Origin: Escherichia coli
GTDB lineage: Bacteria > Pseudomonadota > Gammaproteobacteria > Enterobacterales > Enterobacteriaceae
Assembly: GCF_003018255.1 (NCBI RefSeq)
Contig: NZ_CP027440.1
Length of the DNA stretch: 64,000 nt
Direction: 5' to 3' (one strand)
In this document: one piece after another, positions 49,966-62,800 of the stretch
Layout: every line of letters starts with the position of its first letter
Numbering within the stretch: position 1 is the stretch's first letter
Notes under the pieces: model-generated
Databases searched by the model: none
Told to the model about the DNA's origin: nothing
The model's input: the letters and a program-made list of their open reading frames with translations, nothing else
Made by a program: the position numbers and the translations under genes

Positions 49966-51144
49966 TTAACGTGTAATAGAGTACACGGTTCCGTCTTTTG
50001 CCTGGATCAGCAGTTTGCCGTCAGCAGCAACCGGTTCAGTCTGGAAACCGGAACTATCAACTTTTTGCTGGGCAACGAAACGACCATCTTCGACGTTAAT
50101 CCAGTGCAGATAACCTTCGCTGTCACCTACCACCAGGTTGTCATTATACAGCACCGGAGAAGTCAGCAGGCGATGCAGCAGATCGCTTTGTGTCCACAGC
50201 GTAACGCCGCCATCAATGGTCAACGCCATCACCCGGTCATTTTGATCGACCAGATAGATGCGGTTGCCGTCGACGATGAAATCATTCACCGAACCCAGTT
50301 CGCGTTTCCACATAATCTGACCGCTGCGCAGATCAAGCGCCGTCAGGTTACCATTATAGGCCAGCGCGAAAACAACGCCGTTAACAACGACGGGAGTCGT
50401 GTCAACATCGCTCAGACGGTCAATTTCGGTAGAACCGGTCGCCTGGGAAATACGCTGCTGCCAAATCATCTGGCCCTGTTCCATCAGCACTGCGCTGACG
50501 CGACCATTATCGCCACCCACGACGGCCGCACCAAAAGCCGTTGCCGGCGCAGACTCGCCACGCAAAGAGAGCGAAGGCATATCGAGGTTAACTGTCCATT
50601 TGACAGCGCCGTCAGCTTCGTTCAGCGCTTGTAACTGACCGTTACTGGTGTGGATTAACACCAGACCGTCGCTGACCACCGGGCGCGAAAGTGCTTCACC
50701 CGCGACTTTAGTTTGCCATGCCACAGTACCATCGCTGGTATTCAGCGCGTAAACCTGCGCCTTTTCGGTGCCAATGTAGACATGCCCACCAGACACGGTC
50801 ACGCCGCCAGAAAGTAATGCAGGATCTTTAGAGAACCAGCCATCTTTCTCGGCCAGGTTGACAGACCAGATTTCTTTGCCGTCATCCGCATTCAGCGCTT
50901 TTACTAAACCAGCGCGGTCCGCTGCATAGACAACGTTGTCCGCCAGTGCCGGATGAAGATTGGAATAGAAGTTGCCAATGCCGCTACCAACGGAAGTGCT
51001 CCACACAGTAGTCGGCGTAAACTGGTTTTCAACGGTTGGCAATGGGGACATCTTTACCACATCTTCTTCGCTGTTAAACAGCGAACAGCCGCTTAAAAGG
51101 GTAACGGAAAGCAGTCCTGGCAGCAGTAATTTACGCAATTGCAT
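49966..51144 (-). CDS. bamB: Outer membrane protein assembly lipoprotein BamB
   Basis: 392 aa; lipobox LLSGCSL; PQQ-type beta-propeller repeats. Confidence 0.92.
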   Translation of the reverse strand: MQLRKLLLPGLLSVTLLSGCSLFNSEEDVVKMSPLPTVENQFTPTTVWSTSVGSGIGNFYSNLHPALADNVVYAADRAGLVKALNADDGKEIWSVNLAEKDGWFSKDPALLSGGVTVSGGHVYIGTEKAQVYALNTSDGTVAWQTKVAGEALSRPVVSDGLVLIHTSNGQLQALNEADGAVKWTVNLDMPSLSLRGESAPATAFGAAVVGGDNGRVSAVLMEQGQMIWQQRISQATGSTEIDRLSDVDTTPVVVNGVVFALAYNGNLTALDLRSGQIMWKRELGSVNDFIVDGNRIYLVDQNDRVMALTIDGGVTLWTQSDLLHRLLTSPVLYNDNLVVGDSEGYLHWINVEDGRFVAQQKVDSSGFQTEPVAADGKLLIQAKDGTVYSITR

Positions 51145-51154
51145 CGGGTCCCTC

Positions 51155-51775
51155 TCAGATGGACAAATTATTAATTTTCATCTGCATCATTTCGCTCAGT
51201 GCCGGGGTAACATCGCTTTTCACGCCTGCTTCCCATGCACTACGCGCACCTTGCTTATCACCTTTGCTCAGCAATGCTTCACCACGCAGGTCGGCAACAA
51301 TGGCAGCCCACCCTTCACCTTTGATGGTATCAAGGGTTTTCAGCGCGGCATCAGCCTGCTTGAGCTGAACCTGAACGCGAGCAAGACGCAGATTTATCAC
51401 GGCTTTGAGATTTTCATCGCTCGTGTCTGCCAGCCCCTGTTGTAACTGGGCGGCAGCTTTCTCTAGTTCATTTTTGTCAACAAATTGCTGCGCAAGTTCC
51501 AAAGAAGCCAGCGCACCATAAGTATTTTTATTTTCAGCAGCAAATTTTTCCGCCGCCGGAATGCTATCCGGTTTGCCTTCGCTCACTGCGGTAACCGCAT
51601 TTTGATAGGCAAGAGAAGCGGAGCGTGCAGAATCAACCTGATGGCTGTTCCAGTAGCGCCAGCCAATTAGTGCGCCAACGCCCAAAATCACCCCAACAGC
51701 CAGTGCTTTGCCATTTTCAGCAAAAAAGCGTTTAACCGCTTCTACCTGGTCGTTTTCGTTCTCGTAAATTTCCAC
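51155..51775 (-). CDS. yfgM: Membrane-anchored TPR-like protein YfgM
   Basis: 206 aa; single N-terminal TM segment then helical repeat region. Confidence 0.85.
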   Translation of the reverse strand: MEIYENENDQVEAVKRFFAENGKALAVGVILGVGALIGWRYWNSHQVDSARSASLAYQNAVTAVSEGKPDSIPAAEKFAAENKNTYGALASLELAQQFVDKNELEKAAAQLQQGLADTSDENLKAVINLRLARVQVQLKQADAALKTLDTIKGEGWAAIVADLRGEALLSKGDKQGARSAWEAGVKSDVTPALSEMMQMKINNLSI

Positions 51776-51792
51776 GCTGTCCTTCTCCTTCC

Positions 51793-53067
51793 TTAACCCA
51801 GTAACGTGCGCAAATGCGCGGCTACGCTATCCTGCGCAACTGCCGTTTGCTCACCAGAGCGCAAATCCTTCACTACTGCTGTGCCGTTAGCCACTTCAGA
51901 CTCACCCAGCACCACAGCAACGCGGGCACCCCATTTATCAGCACGGGCAAACTGTTTCTTAAAGTTGCCGCCGCCGTGGTTGGTCATCAGTTTCACGCCC
52001 GGTAATTCATCACGCAGACGCTCTGCTAATGCCATAGCCGCAGATTGTGTATCAGCACCTGAAGCCACCAGGTATATATCGACAACAGGATCGGCCTTAA
52101 ATTCCGGATTAACGGCCTGAACTAACAATACAAGACGTTCGAGGCCCATCGCAAAACCGACAGCCGGTGTTGCACGACCACCCAGTTGTTCCACCAGACC
52201 GTCATAACGACCGCCTGCACACACGGTGCCCTGGGAGCCGAGACTGTTAGTCACCCACTCGAAAACGGTACGGTTATAGTAATCCAGACCACGCACCAGA
52301 CGCTGGTTGACGGTGTAAGCGATCCCCGCGCTCTCAAGCAGTTTGCACAGACCGGCAAAATGCTCACGAGATTCCTCGTCCAGATAATCGCCTAATGCCG
52401 GAGCGTCGTTGAGAAGCACCTGCACTTCCGGATTTTTTGAATCGAGTACGCGCAACGGGTTAGTGTACATGCGGCGTTTGCAGTCTTCGTCCAGCTTTTC
52501 TTTATGCTGCTCAAGGAATGCCACCAGCGCATCGCGGTAATTCGCACGAGCTTCCAGCGAACCGATAGAGTTCAGCTCAAGAGTTACGTGCTCGGAAATA
52601 CCCAGCGCGCGCCACCAGCGGGCAGTGAGCATAATCAGTTCGGCGTCGATATCCGGACCTTGCAGACCGAAAACTTCGCAGCCCAACTGATGGAACTGAC
52701 GATAACGCCCTTTCTGCGGACGCTCGTGACGGAACATCGGCCCGATATACCACAGACGCTGTTCCTGATTGTACAGAAGACCATGCTCGATGCCGGCGCG
52801 TACACAGCCCGCCGTCCCTTCAGGGCGCAGAGTCAGGCTGTCGCCATTGCGATCCTCAAAGGTGTACATCTCTTTTTCAACCACGTCGGTGACTTCACCA
52901 ATCGCACGTTTGAATAGCGGGGTCTGCTCTACAATCGGCAAGCGGATTTCACTGTAACCGTAGCTGCCGAGCACGTTTTTCAGTGTGCCTTCAATGCGCT
53001 GCCAGATGGCCGTTTCGCCAGGCAGGTAATCGTTCATGCCGCGAATGGCTTGAATGTTTTTTGCCAC
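51793..53067 (-). CDS. hisS: Histidine--tRNA ligase
   Basis: 424 aa; class II aminoacyl-tRNA synthetase motifs. Confidence 0.95.
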   Translation of the reverse strand: MAKNIQAIRGMNDYLPGETAIWQRIEGTLKNVLGSYGYSEIRLPIVEQTPLFKRAIGEVTDVVEKEMYTFEDRNGDSLTLRPEGTAGCVRAGIEHGLLYNQEQRLWYIGPMFRHERPQKGRYRQFHQLGCEVFGLQGPDIDAELIMLTARWWRALGISEHVTLELNSIGSLEARANYRDALVAFLEQHKEKLDEDCKRRMYTNPLRVLDSKNPEVQVLLNDAPALGDYLDEESREHFAGLCKLLESAGIAYTVNQRLVRGLDYYNRTVFEWVTNSLGSQGTVCAGGRYDGLVEQLGGRATPAVGFAMGLERLVLLVQAVNPEFKADPVVDIYLVASGADTQSAAMALAERLRDELPGVKLMTNHGGGNFKKQFARADKWGARVAVVLGESEVANGTAVVKDLRSGEQTAVAQDSVAAHLRTLLG

Positions 53068-53177
53068 GTTTATTCTCTTTCTGAATATAAAAATGAACCC
53101 TCAACGCTTCCCTCAATGTTTCGGGAGCCATGCGGGTTCAATCATACACGGGAAGCGAGGCGCTTCCCATCACGTTA
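53068..53177 (-). ncRNA. sroE: Candidate SroE small RNA in the ispG-hisS spacer
   Basis: 110-bp spacer between co-oriented ispG and hisS; assignment from recalled K-12 annotation of SroE at this position, not from a structure computed here. Confidence 0.4.
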
Positions 53178-54296
53178 TTATTTTTCAACCTGCTGAACGT
53201 CAATTCGACGCGCTTCGTCCAGCTGACTGGCTTTCGCACGAATGCGCGCTTCCAGCTGATCGATCATATCGTTGTTGTCCAGACGGTCTTTGCGCACGCC
53301 ATCTTCATAGAGGCCGCTTTTCTTGTTGCCGCCGGTGACGCCGAGTGTAGAAACCAGCGCCTCACCAGGGCCATTCACCACGCAGCCGATAATCGAAACG
53401 TCCATCGGAGTGATGATATCTTCCAGGCGTTGCTCCAGCGCGTTAACCGTACCGATAACATCAAATTCCTGACGCGAACAGGTCGGGCAGGCGATGAAGT
53501 TGATCCCGCGCGAACGGATACGCAGCGATTTCAAAATATCGAAACCGACTTTGATCTCTTCGACCGGATCGGCCGCCAGCGATACGCGCAGCGTGTCGCC
53601 GATGCCTTCAGACAGCAGCAGACCTAAACCAATAGCGGATTTTACTGCCCCGCTACGCGCACCACCGGCTTCGGTGATCCCCAGATGCAGCGGCTGATCG
53701 ATTTGTTTTGCCAGCAAACGATAAGACTCAACAGCGAGGAAGACGTCAGACGCTTTCACGCTGACTTTGAACTGATCGAAGTTCAGGCGATCGAGATGAT
53801 CAACATGACGCATGGCAGATTCCAGCAACGCCTGCGGCGTCGGTTCGCCATACTTTTCTTGCAGATCTTTTTCCAACGATCCGGCATTAACGCCAATACG
53901 GATCGGAATGTTTTTATCGCGCGCACAGTCAACCACCATGCGAATACGCTCTTCATTACCGATATTGCCAGGGTTAATACGCAGACAATCGACGCCGTAT
54001 TCCGCTACTTTCAGCGCAATGCGATAGTCGAAGTGGATGTCAGCCACCAGCGGCACGTTAACCTGCTGTTTGATGAGTTTGAACGCTTCTGCCGCGTCCA
54101 TCGTCGGTACGGAGACACGGACGATATCAGCGCCAACACGTTCCAGCGCCTTGATTTGATTGACCGTTGCTTCGACGTCTGTCGTACGCGTATTGGTCAT
54201 GGACTGTACGGCGATGGGAGCACCATCGCCAATCGGCACATTCCCAACGTAAATACGTGTTGATTTTCTACGTTGAATTGGAGCCTGGTTATGCAT
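53178..54296 (-). CDS. ispG: 4-hydroxy-3-methylbut-2-enyl diphosphate synthase (IspG/GcpE)
   Basis: 372 aa; C-terminal Cys cluster (CPTCSR...GCVVNGPGE) of the 4Fe-4S domain. Confidence 0.95.
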
Positions 54297-54322
54297 GAAA
54301 AATCTCCCGCGTTACCCGTCTG

Positions 54323-55330
54323 TTACTGCGCCGGTGGTTGTTCGGCATTGAGGGTCAGACGCGCAACCTGGTTAGTTCTGATAAAACGACTCAGATCGAC
54401 AGGTTTCCCTTGATACTGGATCTGTACTGCGGCTGGCGCACCAATTTTCAGTTTGTACGGTGCCTGGCCGGTTAAGTTCAAATTACCGTCTTTACGCTGC
54501 ATACCGCTAAACAGTTTTTTACCGGTAGCATCGGTGACTTCCAGCCAGCAATCGGCAGTAAAGTTCATCACCAGCGCATTCGGGTCAACCGCCGGCGTGG
54601 TCACGCCAGCCTGATCGGTTGGCAACGGCGCAGCGCCATCTGGTGTTGTTGTTGCCGCTGGTGCCGGAGTCGCAGCGGTATCAACATTTGCCTGCGAAGG
54701 TGGAACAACCGCATTCTGTTGCGGATCAACAGCTGGTGCTGGCGCAGTTACGGCAGGTGTTTGCGTGTTGGTTGCGGTGGTATCCACAGGTGATGTCGGC
54801 GTGGTCGCCATAGCCTGATCTGTGGTTGTCGACGTATCTAACGGTACACTCTGGCTTTGATTATTATTCAGTTCCGCAGAAGATTGATCGGCCATAGTGG
54901 TGATCTCTTCCTGCTGAGCTTTGTGGTCTTGCCACCACCAGGCACCGCTCAGGCCAATAACCACAAACAATACCAGCCAGGTGAAGGTCATCAGCCAGCC
55001 GTCACGTTTTTTGCGGCGTTTACCGAGGGAAAAACTCTGCATCGGCGCAACTTTTGCAGCCCGTAGTGGAGCCTGCTTTTCCAGCCCTGGCAGCAGTTCT
55101 TCTTCTGGAATATGTACCAGACGCGCATAAGAGCGGATATATCCGCGCAGGAATGTTGAAGCAAGATCGGCGGGTGCCTTATCTTCTTCAATGTCGCGTA
55201 CCGTGGAAACCTTCAGGCAAAGTCGCTCGGCAACGGCCTGTTGACTAAGTCCTAGTTGTTCGCGAGCATTACGCAGGCGAGCGCCGGTAGTAAGTGCTTC
55301 ATTTTGGTCGTGCGTGGCTTCAGTATTCAT
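54323..55330 (-). CDS. rodZ: Cytoskeleton protein RodZ
   Basis: 335 aa; N-terminal HTH, single TM segment, Pro/Thr/Ala-rich periplasmic linker. Confidence 0.9.
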   Translation of the reverse strand: MNTEATHDQNEALTTGARLRNAREQLGLSQQAVAERLCLKVSTVRDIEEDKAPADLASTFLRGYIRSYARLVHIPEEELLPGLEKQAPLRAAKVAPMQSFSLGKRRKKRDGWLMTFTWLVLFVVIGLSGAWWWQDHKAQQEEITTMADQSSAELNNNQSQSVPLDTSTTTDQAMATTPTSPVDTTATNTQTPAVTAPAPAVDPQQNAVVPPSQANVDTAATPAPAATTTPDGAAPLPTDQAGVTTPAVDPNALVMNFTADCWLEVTDATGKKLFSGMQRKDGNLNLTGQAPYKLKIGAPAAVQIQYQGKPVDLSRFIRTNQVARLTLNAEQPPAQ

Positions 55331-55573
55331 TCGCTGCAGGTACGTTTAAATGAGAATTGAGATGCCGGTGAACCATCATGCCCACCCACACCGCGAAACA
55401 TCCGTTAAGTTAACCGTTATCATACAGTATAAGACCGTCTGTGTGCTCGTGACAAAGCCCACATTCACTAAGGCTAACTTACTGTTGCATCGTTACATAC
55501 TGCCTTAAAGTCAGCAAAAACGCACCGTTAATATTGACCAGACAATTGCAACTTAATACTTCATTCATAAAAG

Positions 55574-55609
55574 ATTACGCCACGGTACATAAAGTAACCG
55601 TGGCGTAAT
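55574..55609 (-). terminator. Terminator downstream of rlmN
   Basis: attacgccacggt...accgtggcgtaat, a 13-bp stem immediately 3' of the rlmN stop. Confidence 0.7.
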
Positions 55610-55614
55610 GGCTA

Positions 55615-56769
55615 TCAGACCGCTTTAATGTCGATGGCTTCACCCTGCATCCGTTTACGCAGGGTACGTTTCGTACGGTCGATAACATCGCCCGCCAACT
55701 GACCACAGGCAGCATCAATGTCATCACCACGCGTTTTACGCACAATAGTGGTGAAACCGTAGCTCATCAGCACTTTTGAGAAACGGTCGATACGGCTGTT
55801 CGAACTGCGTCCATACGGCGCGCCCGGGAACGGGTTCCACGGGATCAGGTTGATCTTACACGGTGTATCTTTCAGTAGTTCCGCCAGTTGGTGCGCGTGT
55901 TCAGTGCCGTCGTTAACGTGATCAAGCATCACGTATTCAATAGTAACTCGGCCCTGATTGGCGTTGGATTTCTCCAGATAACGGCGCACCGCCGCAAGGA
56001 ACGTTTCGATATTGTACTTTTTGTTGATCGGCACAATCTCGTCACGAATTTCGTCGTTCGGCGCGTGCAGGGAAATTGCCAGCGCTACGTCGATCATATC
56101 GCCCAGTTTATCCAGCGCCGGAACCACACCGGAAGTGGAAAGCGTGACGCGACGTTTTGACAGGCCAAAACCGAAATCATCAAGCATGATTTCCATCGCC
56201 GGAACGACGTTGTTCAGGTTGAGCAGCGGCTCGCCCATACCCATCATCACTACGTTAGTGATTGGGCGCTGACCGGTGACTTTTGCTGCGCCGACAATTT
56301 TCGCCGCACGCCACACCTGGCCGATAATTTCCGATACCCGCAGGTTGCGGTTAAAGCCCTGCTGGGCGGTGGAACAGAATTTACACTCCAGCGCACACCC
56401 CACCTGCGAAGAGACGCAGAGCGTGGCACGGTCGTCTTCCGGGATATATACCGTTTCAACGCGCTGATCGCCAACGGCGATCGCCCATTTAATGGTGCCG
56501 TCAGATGAACGCTGTTCTTCAACCACTTCCGGTGCACGGATTTCCGCCACCTCTTTCAGTTTGCCGCGCAACACTTTATTGATGTCGGTCATCTCATCAA
56601 AGTTGTCGCAGCAATAGTGATACATCCACTTCATCACCTGATCGGCGCGGAAGGGTTTTTCACCTAAATCTTTAAAAAACTCCCGCATCTGCTGACGGTT
56701 GAGATCCAGCAGGTTGATTTTTCCATCTTTCGTGGTGACGTTTTCAGGTGTGACTAATTGTTCAGACAT
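55615..56769 (-). CDS. rlmN: Dual-specificity 23S rRNA/tRNA m2A methyltransferase (radical SAM)
   Basis: 384 aa; radical-SAM cysteine motif CALECKFC. Confidence 0.92.
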
Positions 56770-56918
56770 ATGCTATTCCGGCCTCGTTATTACACGTTAT
56801 GGCCCCTGGAGGGTTGAAAAAAGAAACGCCCCGGTGAGCGGCTGCTCGTCCGGGGGCGCTGCATTGTACAAATTCTGGCGCACGGATGCCACGTTTGCAC
56901 GCGGCATTTACGAAATTA

Positions 56919-57350
56919 TTAACGGGTGCGCGGGCACACTTCGCCTTCGCCGAAGAAATAAGCGATTTCGCGAGCGGCAGATTCGACGGAATCAGAACCG
57001 TGGGTACCATTTTCGGTCAGGCTGTCAGCGTAATCAGCACGCAGAGTACCGGCCAGTGCGTTTGCCGGATTGGTCGCGCCCAGCAGATCGCGGTGACGCT
57101 GAACAGCATTTTCACCTTCCAGCACGGAAACAACGATCGGGCCAGAAGTCATGAATTCAACCAGACCATCAAAGAACGGTTTTCCATCGTGTTCAGCATA
57201 AAAGCCACGAGCCTGTTCAACGGTCAGGTGCAGCATTTTGGTGCCGACAATTTTGAACCCTGCAGCTTCAAAGCGCGCAAAGATACTACCAATCACGTTT
57301 TTTGCTACCGCGTTCGGTTTGATGATGGAAAAAGTACGTTCAATAGCCAT
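56919..57350 (-). CDS. ndk: Nucleoside diphosphate kinase
   Basis: 143 aa; active-site NGTHGSDS motif. Confidence 0.95.
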
Positions 57351-57498
57351 TTTTACCTCTGTAAATTGTTCTGTTGTTGTCTGTACCAGCGTACGAGATG
57401 GCGCGGATTATAATGAGCAACAGGGCCGTTGACTATTGATGAAGGTAACATTTTTTTAAAATAAACCCAGTTTAAGCAACAATCAGGGACAAAACAGA

Positions 57499-59811
57499 CT
57501 ATTGCATGACAAATTTCACTGTCGCTATTTGCCCCACGTCATCCATCACCAGCAATTGATAATCGCCTTTATCCGTCAAATGCAGGGTCACGTTGCGCCC
57601 ACGTTCAGTTAACGGTTCGCCATTCAGAAACCACCAGCGTTCACCTGCCCCTCCACTTGATTGCAACGGCAAAGTCGCTTCCGCTGCGCCCGGTAAACGT
57701 TTAATAATCGCGCCATCGCGCACACCTGTTAGCTGCAGCGGGAGTTGTGCATCGTGACCGTATGGCGGGCAAATTGTCGAGGCCGGTGGCAAGCGCACAG
57801 CGCGACGTTCTGATGCGGGCAGCCAGGGTTCCAGCGGTAGCGGCCAGACATTTATCATTTCTTGTCGCGCCTGAGGGCAATCAGCGGCAACACGTTTGCC
57901 GTTTTCATCCAGCCAGATGGGGAAACGAATGCCATTAATGCCTTCCTGCTCCGGCAGTAATAGAGTTGGCGGCTGGCTCCCGTCCAGCAGCCAGGTTGCC
58001 AGGCGGCGGCGACAGTTACCGTCACCTTCCGGCAAAGACTGTCCGCCCGGCCAGCAGATAACGCCACGACTTACAGAGTCAGGACGTGGGTCTTCCGGCA
58101 AATTCACACTGCGCGACAGTAAGATATTATTAACCTGATTCAACAGCGGTACGGCACTGGCAAAGCCAAACTGACCAACAACGGGCGTGCCGTCCGGTCT
58201 GCCAGTCCAGATCCCAATGACATAGCGAGCGTTAACCCCAATCGCCCAGGCATCACGATAGCCATAGCTGGTGCCCGTTTTCCATGCCAGTGGGGCGACG
58301 CGCGGCAAGGCACCATCCGGCAAGGGTTGCGCTTCATCAGCCATAATCCGGCGAATGATCCACGCAGCCCCCGACGACATTAAAGGCCGTTCAAGCAGCG
58401 GATCGTCAGGCTGTAAGCGCAATTTGCCTGCCTTGCCGTGGCGAGCAAACGCGGTATACGCTGCCGCCATATCTTCCAGTTTTGCGCCAGCGCCGCCGAG
58501 AATGAGCGAAAGATTCGGTGCAGCACCGTTGGGCAAATACAACGGCAATCCAACATTGCGTAACTTTGCCGCAAACCGTTTCGGTCCATAGGATTCCAGC
58601 ACCTGCACAGCAGGTAAGTTCAGCGATCGCACCAGCGCCTCACTCATGCTGATCGGGCCATGAAAACCGCTGTCAAAGTTGCCAGGTCGGTAATCACCGG
58701 TGCGTCGGGGGACGTCTTGCAACAGCGATGCCGGGTGGATCAAGCCTTCATCCAGCGCCAGACCATAAACAAACGGTTTGAGCACCGATCCTGGCGATCG
58801 GATCGCATTGACCATATCAACATGACCAAAGCGTGAATCATCGTTGAGATCAACTGATCCCACCCAGCCGCGAACACGCATATCGGTATGATCAACCACG
58901 ATCATCGCCAGTGAGCTGCGCGGTGGCAATCGTCCTTTCCAGTTTTGCGCCAGTTCTTCCAGACGTCGTTGAAGACCGGCATCCAGCGTAGTAACGATTT
59001 TGTCGCTTTTGCTTTTACCGAGCATCATGCGCGAAAACAGCGGTGCCAGTTGCGGCATTTGTCGGGGTGCCAGCCAGATGGGTTCTTCCCTTGACTCTTT
59101 TACCCGCTCACGGGACCACACACCTTGCACGGCCATCCGTTCGAGCACTTTATTACGCGCGGCTTCGGCACGCTCCGGCCAACGATCCGGGCGAAGACGG
59201 CTGGGCGCTTGCGGCAACACCGCCAGCATTGCCGCCTCGGAATAGCTTAAATTCGCGGGCGATTTCCCGAGGTAAGCCCAACTTGCCGCACCAATCCCCT
59301 GCAACGTACCGCCAAACGGGGCACGGTTAAGATACAAGGTCAGAATTTCACGCTTAGACAGATGCCATTCCAGTTGCAACGCGCGCCAGAGCTGGCGAAT
59401 TTTGCCGCCAAACGTTTTGGGATGAGGATCAAGCAGGCGCGCCACCTGCATGGTGAGCGTGCTGCCGCCGGAAATGACCCGACCCGACGTGAGATCTTGC
59501 CAGGCTGCACGCGCCACCGAGAACGGATTCACCCCCGGATGCATCCAGAACCAGCGATCTTCATAATTGATCAGCGCTTCAAGGTAACGTGGAGAAACAT
59601 CTTCGATTGTTACCGGATAACGCCAGATACCGTCAGCATCGGCGAAACGCCAGAGTGGCGTACCATCCTGCGCCACCACCACGCGTGCAGGATTCACTTC
59701 TTGCAATGGCAGAGGCCAGAGTTTATCTGCTGCCCATGCTGCCAGAATGATGATAAAAGGCGCGGCTGCCAGCATTATCCAGCAGCCGCGTTTGGTTAAC
59801 AGGCGAGGCAT
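57499..59811 (-). CDS. pbpC: Penicillin-binding protein 1C (glycosyltransferase/transpeptidase)
   Basis: 770 aa; N-terminal TM anchor and transglycosylase motifs; start codon abuts the yfhM stop. Confidence 0.9.
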   Translation of the reverse strand: MPRLLTKRGCWIMLAAAPFIIILAAWAADKLWPLPLQEVNPARVVVAQDGTPLWRFADADGIWRYPVTIEDVSPRYLEALINYEDRWFWMHPGVNPFSVARAAWQDLTSGRVISGGSTLTMQVARLLDPHPKTFGGKIRQLWRALQLEWHLSKREILTLYLNRAPFGGTLQGIGAASWAYLGKSPANLSYSEAAMLAVLPQAPSRLRPDRWPERAEAARNKVLERMAVQGVWSRERVKESREEPIWLAPRQMPQLAPLFSRMMLGKSKSDKIVTTLDAGLQRRLEELAQNWKGRLPPRSSLAMIVVDHTDMRVRGWVGSVDLNDDSRFGHVDMVNAIRSPGSVLKPFVYGLALDEGLIHPASLLQDVPRRTGDYRPGNFDSGFHGPISMSEALVRSLNLPAVQVLESYGPKRFAAKLRNVGLPLYLPNGAAPNLSLILGGAGAKLEDMAAAYTAFARHGKAGKLRLQPDDPLLERPLMSSGAAWIIRRIMADEAQPLPDGALPRVAPLAWKTGTSYGYRDAWAIGVNARYVIGIWTGRPDGTPVVGQFGFASAVPLLNQVNNILLSRSVNLPEDPRPDSVSRGVICWPGGQSLPEGDGNCRRRLATWLLDGSQPPTLLLPEQEGINGIRFPIWLDENGKRVAADCPQARQEMINVWPLPLEPWLPASERRAVRLPPASTICPPYGHDAQLPLQLTGVRDGAIIKRLPGAAEATLPLQSSGGAGERWWFLNGEPLTERGRNVTLHLTDKGDYQLLVMDDVGQIATVKFVMQ

Positions 59812-62800
59812 TTACGGTCTGACTATCAACAGATCGTCAGCCGCACCAGTCGCCCGCCATTGAGGAACATACATTGATTCCACCATAGGCTGCGGCACCT
59901 GATACGTTCCCGGCGTCACCGCCCGCGCCAGATACACCAGCGTTACCGGTTGATATTCATCAACGGCAACCGCCGCCACAAAGCGATCGTCACGGAACTC
60001 TATGTGCTTAATGCTCGCCTGCTGCATCTGGTTCAGCAAGTTCTGCACTTCACCACCACTTTGCTCCAGGCTGGCGCTGCCGTTCGCCAGATTCTGGTTT
60101 TCCAGTTCCAGCCCCGCAGGCAACAGATCCACGACTAACGCATCCGGTACACTGTTACTGGCTTTAACCTGCAACCACACCAGCACCAGATCGCCGCTAC
60201 GTAACGAGTCCAGCGATTTGCTCTTACCGTCAGTACCCAGAATATGACGCTCAATTTGCAGCACATTGCTCGCCGGTAAAGGTGCGGATTGCGGATAACC
60301 GCTGGCATCCACACGCAGCCATAACGGCTGATCGCCACTGTTGGTCACCTGCAAGGTGGCAAGTTGATCGCTATTCAGATTGCTGGTTTGCGCTTTCTCG
60401 CCTGTCAACGGCTCAGCAGAGAAAGTGGTTTGCGCCTGCCATTTGCCCGGTAAATCCTGAAGAGTACGGGCAGCCAGGAACAACGCGTTACTTTCCTGCG
60501 TCGATAGCCAGCGTTCACCGAACGCCTGCTGCGAAAGTGTGTTTAACAGGGAGTACTGCTCATCGGGTAGCAGTTTGTTCTCTTCCAGCAATGAGAGCAT
60601 CAACGCGCTGTCTCGCAGTGGACTACCGTAATCACCCAGCCATATCCGCTCATCACTATTACGCGGCGTTTTCAGCGCCAGCGCAATCGCTTCTTCACCA
60701 CGCGTCGCATCACCCATGATTTTCAGCGCAACGCCAAGTTGCAGCAGCGGTAAACCAGAAGCGGCATCTGCACGATGCTCCCAGATTTCACGCAGCGCAC
60801 CCAGTGGTGCTTTTTGCTGACGGGCCAACACCAGCGCAGCGTAAGACTGTACGGCGAATTTACTGGCTTTGAGATTATCAGCGTACGGGATCGACATCAT
60901 GCCCGGATCTTGTAAATAGCGCAGCAGACGCTCATTACCCCGGTTAATGGCGTCTGTCGGTACGCTGTAACCCTGTTCGCCTGCGCGGACCAGGAAATCC
61001 ATCACGTAAGCCGTCAGCCAGTACTCTTCGTCACCGTTTTTATCCCACAGCGTAAAGCCGCCGTTATCACGTTGCATTTGCAGCAAACGGGAAATGCCGA
61101 TATCGACCGATGCACGGCGTTTCTCATCACTGTCGCCTTTGATGCCCAACGCCTGCAGTTGGGCTGCATTGGTATAAAGTGACGGGAACAGGCCGCTGGT
61201 GGTTTGCTCGAGACAGCCGTACGGATACGCTTTTAACTCTTTGATATAACGTGCGATGTTCAGCGGTGGTTTGCCGCTCAACAACAATTGCCCTTCCAGC
61301 GTAACAGGCGAGAAGTTTTGCAATCCATCAGCCGGGAGCGCCCAGGTTTCACCAGGCTGTAACGCCGTACCGTAATTGACCGTTTGTGCCGGGAATGCCG
61401 GACGGACGCCGATTTTCCACTGCTTATGCTGATCGGCAACGGTTTCCCCGGGTAACGCTAACCCGCTAATGGTGGCCTGAATGTCTCCATCGCCATAACC
61501 CGGCAATGCACGCACCGGGATAAACAGCGTAGTACGCACCCCTGGCGCTAATTCAACAGGTGCGGGGGAATTACTCACCAGTTCAAGCAAGCCACTGGCG
61601 GTCAGAGCAACATTAAGTTTTTGCGGTTTATCGGTAAGATTAGTGATATCCAGCGTCAGGCGCGAGGTATCGCCACTCGCCATAAAGCGTGGCATGTTCA
61701 GTTCAGCAATCACCGGTGCAGCAACAATCACTTTGCTTTCGTTGCTTCCGAAGTCATCTGCCGTCCAGGCTTGCGCCATGACGCGCAATTCACCGTTAAA
61801 ATCGCCAATTGGCAGTGTAACCGAGCCTTCGCCCTGTTCGTTGAGCGTTACCGGCAGCGCCTGCTGCGCGACAATATTGACGTGATTGACCGGCGGTTTA
61901 CCACCACGTTTCAGCTCATCACCATCACCACCAAAACGCAGAGCTGCCAGACGCCCCTGACCTTCAATGACCTGACCGTAAATATCGTAAATGTCTGCGC
62001 CATAGCGTTTCTGACCAAAGAACGCCTGCCACGGATCTGGCGTGACGTAATCAGTAATATTCAGCACACCGCTATCAACGGCAGACACCAGCACATTCAC
62101 CTGTTTTGGCATCTCACCATTTTTATTGCTGGCTTTAATTTTCACGGTTAATGGCTGATTGGGGCGCATTTTGGTAGGGGTTTCCAGCGCCAGATCGAGG
62201 CGACGGTTTTCATCACCAAGCGGCAGATGCAACACCCCAACCGCGCGTTTTGGCGTCGCGGAGCGAGATTTATCGCCAGGACGTACCACCAGCGTACTTA
62301 AATACAGATCATGACGATTCCAGGTTTTATCGACCGGAATCGTCAGATCCAGCCCTTGAGCCGGAACATCAATCTCTTGCCACCACAGCGGCCCTTCACT
62401 GGACTCGACCATCGCATAACCTTTACCCGCCGTTGGCGCGGCAATATGCAACTTAATGGTATCGCCAGGGCGATAGCTGGCTTTATCCAGTTTCAGCGTG
62501 ACACGGTCGGGTCGCACTGCACCACCCCCGTCGCTGTTATCCTGCCAGCTATAACCAGCCCAGAAACGCACACTACTGACCGCTTCATTCGGCGCTTTAA
62601 CTTCCAGACGATAAGCGCCCCACTCTACCGGGAAACTGACCTTACCGGTTTCGTCCGCTTTCAGATCCAGAGTTTGTTCATTTTCGATCAGATCTTTTTG
62701 ATCAAACTGTGACTGCCAGCCTTCATATTCCGACCAGTTCCAGTAGTAATCGCGGCGTTCGCGAATCAGGCGCACCTGCAAGCCCGACACGGCTTTTTTC

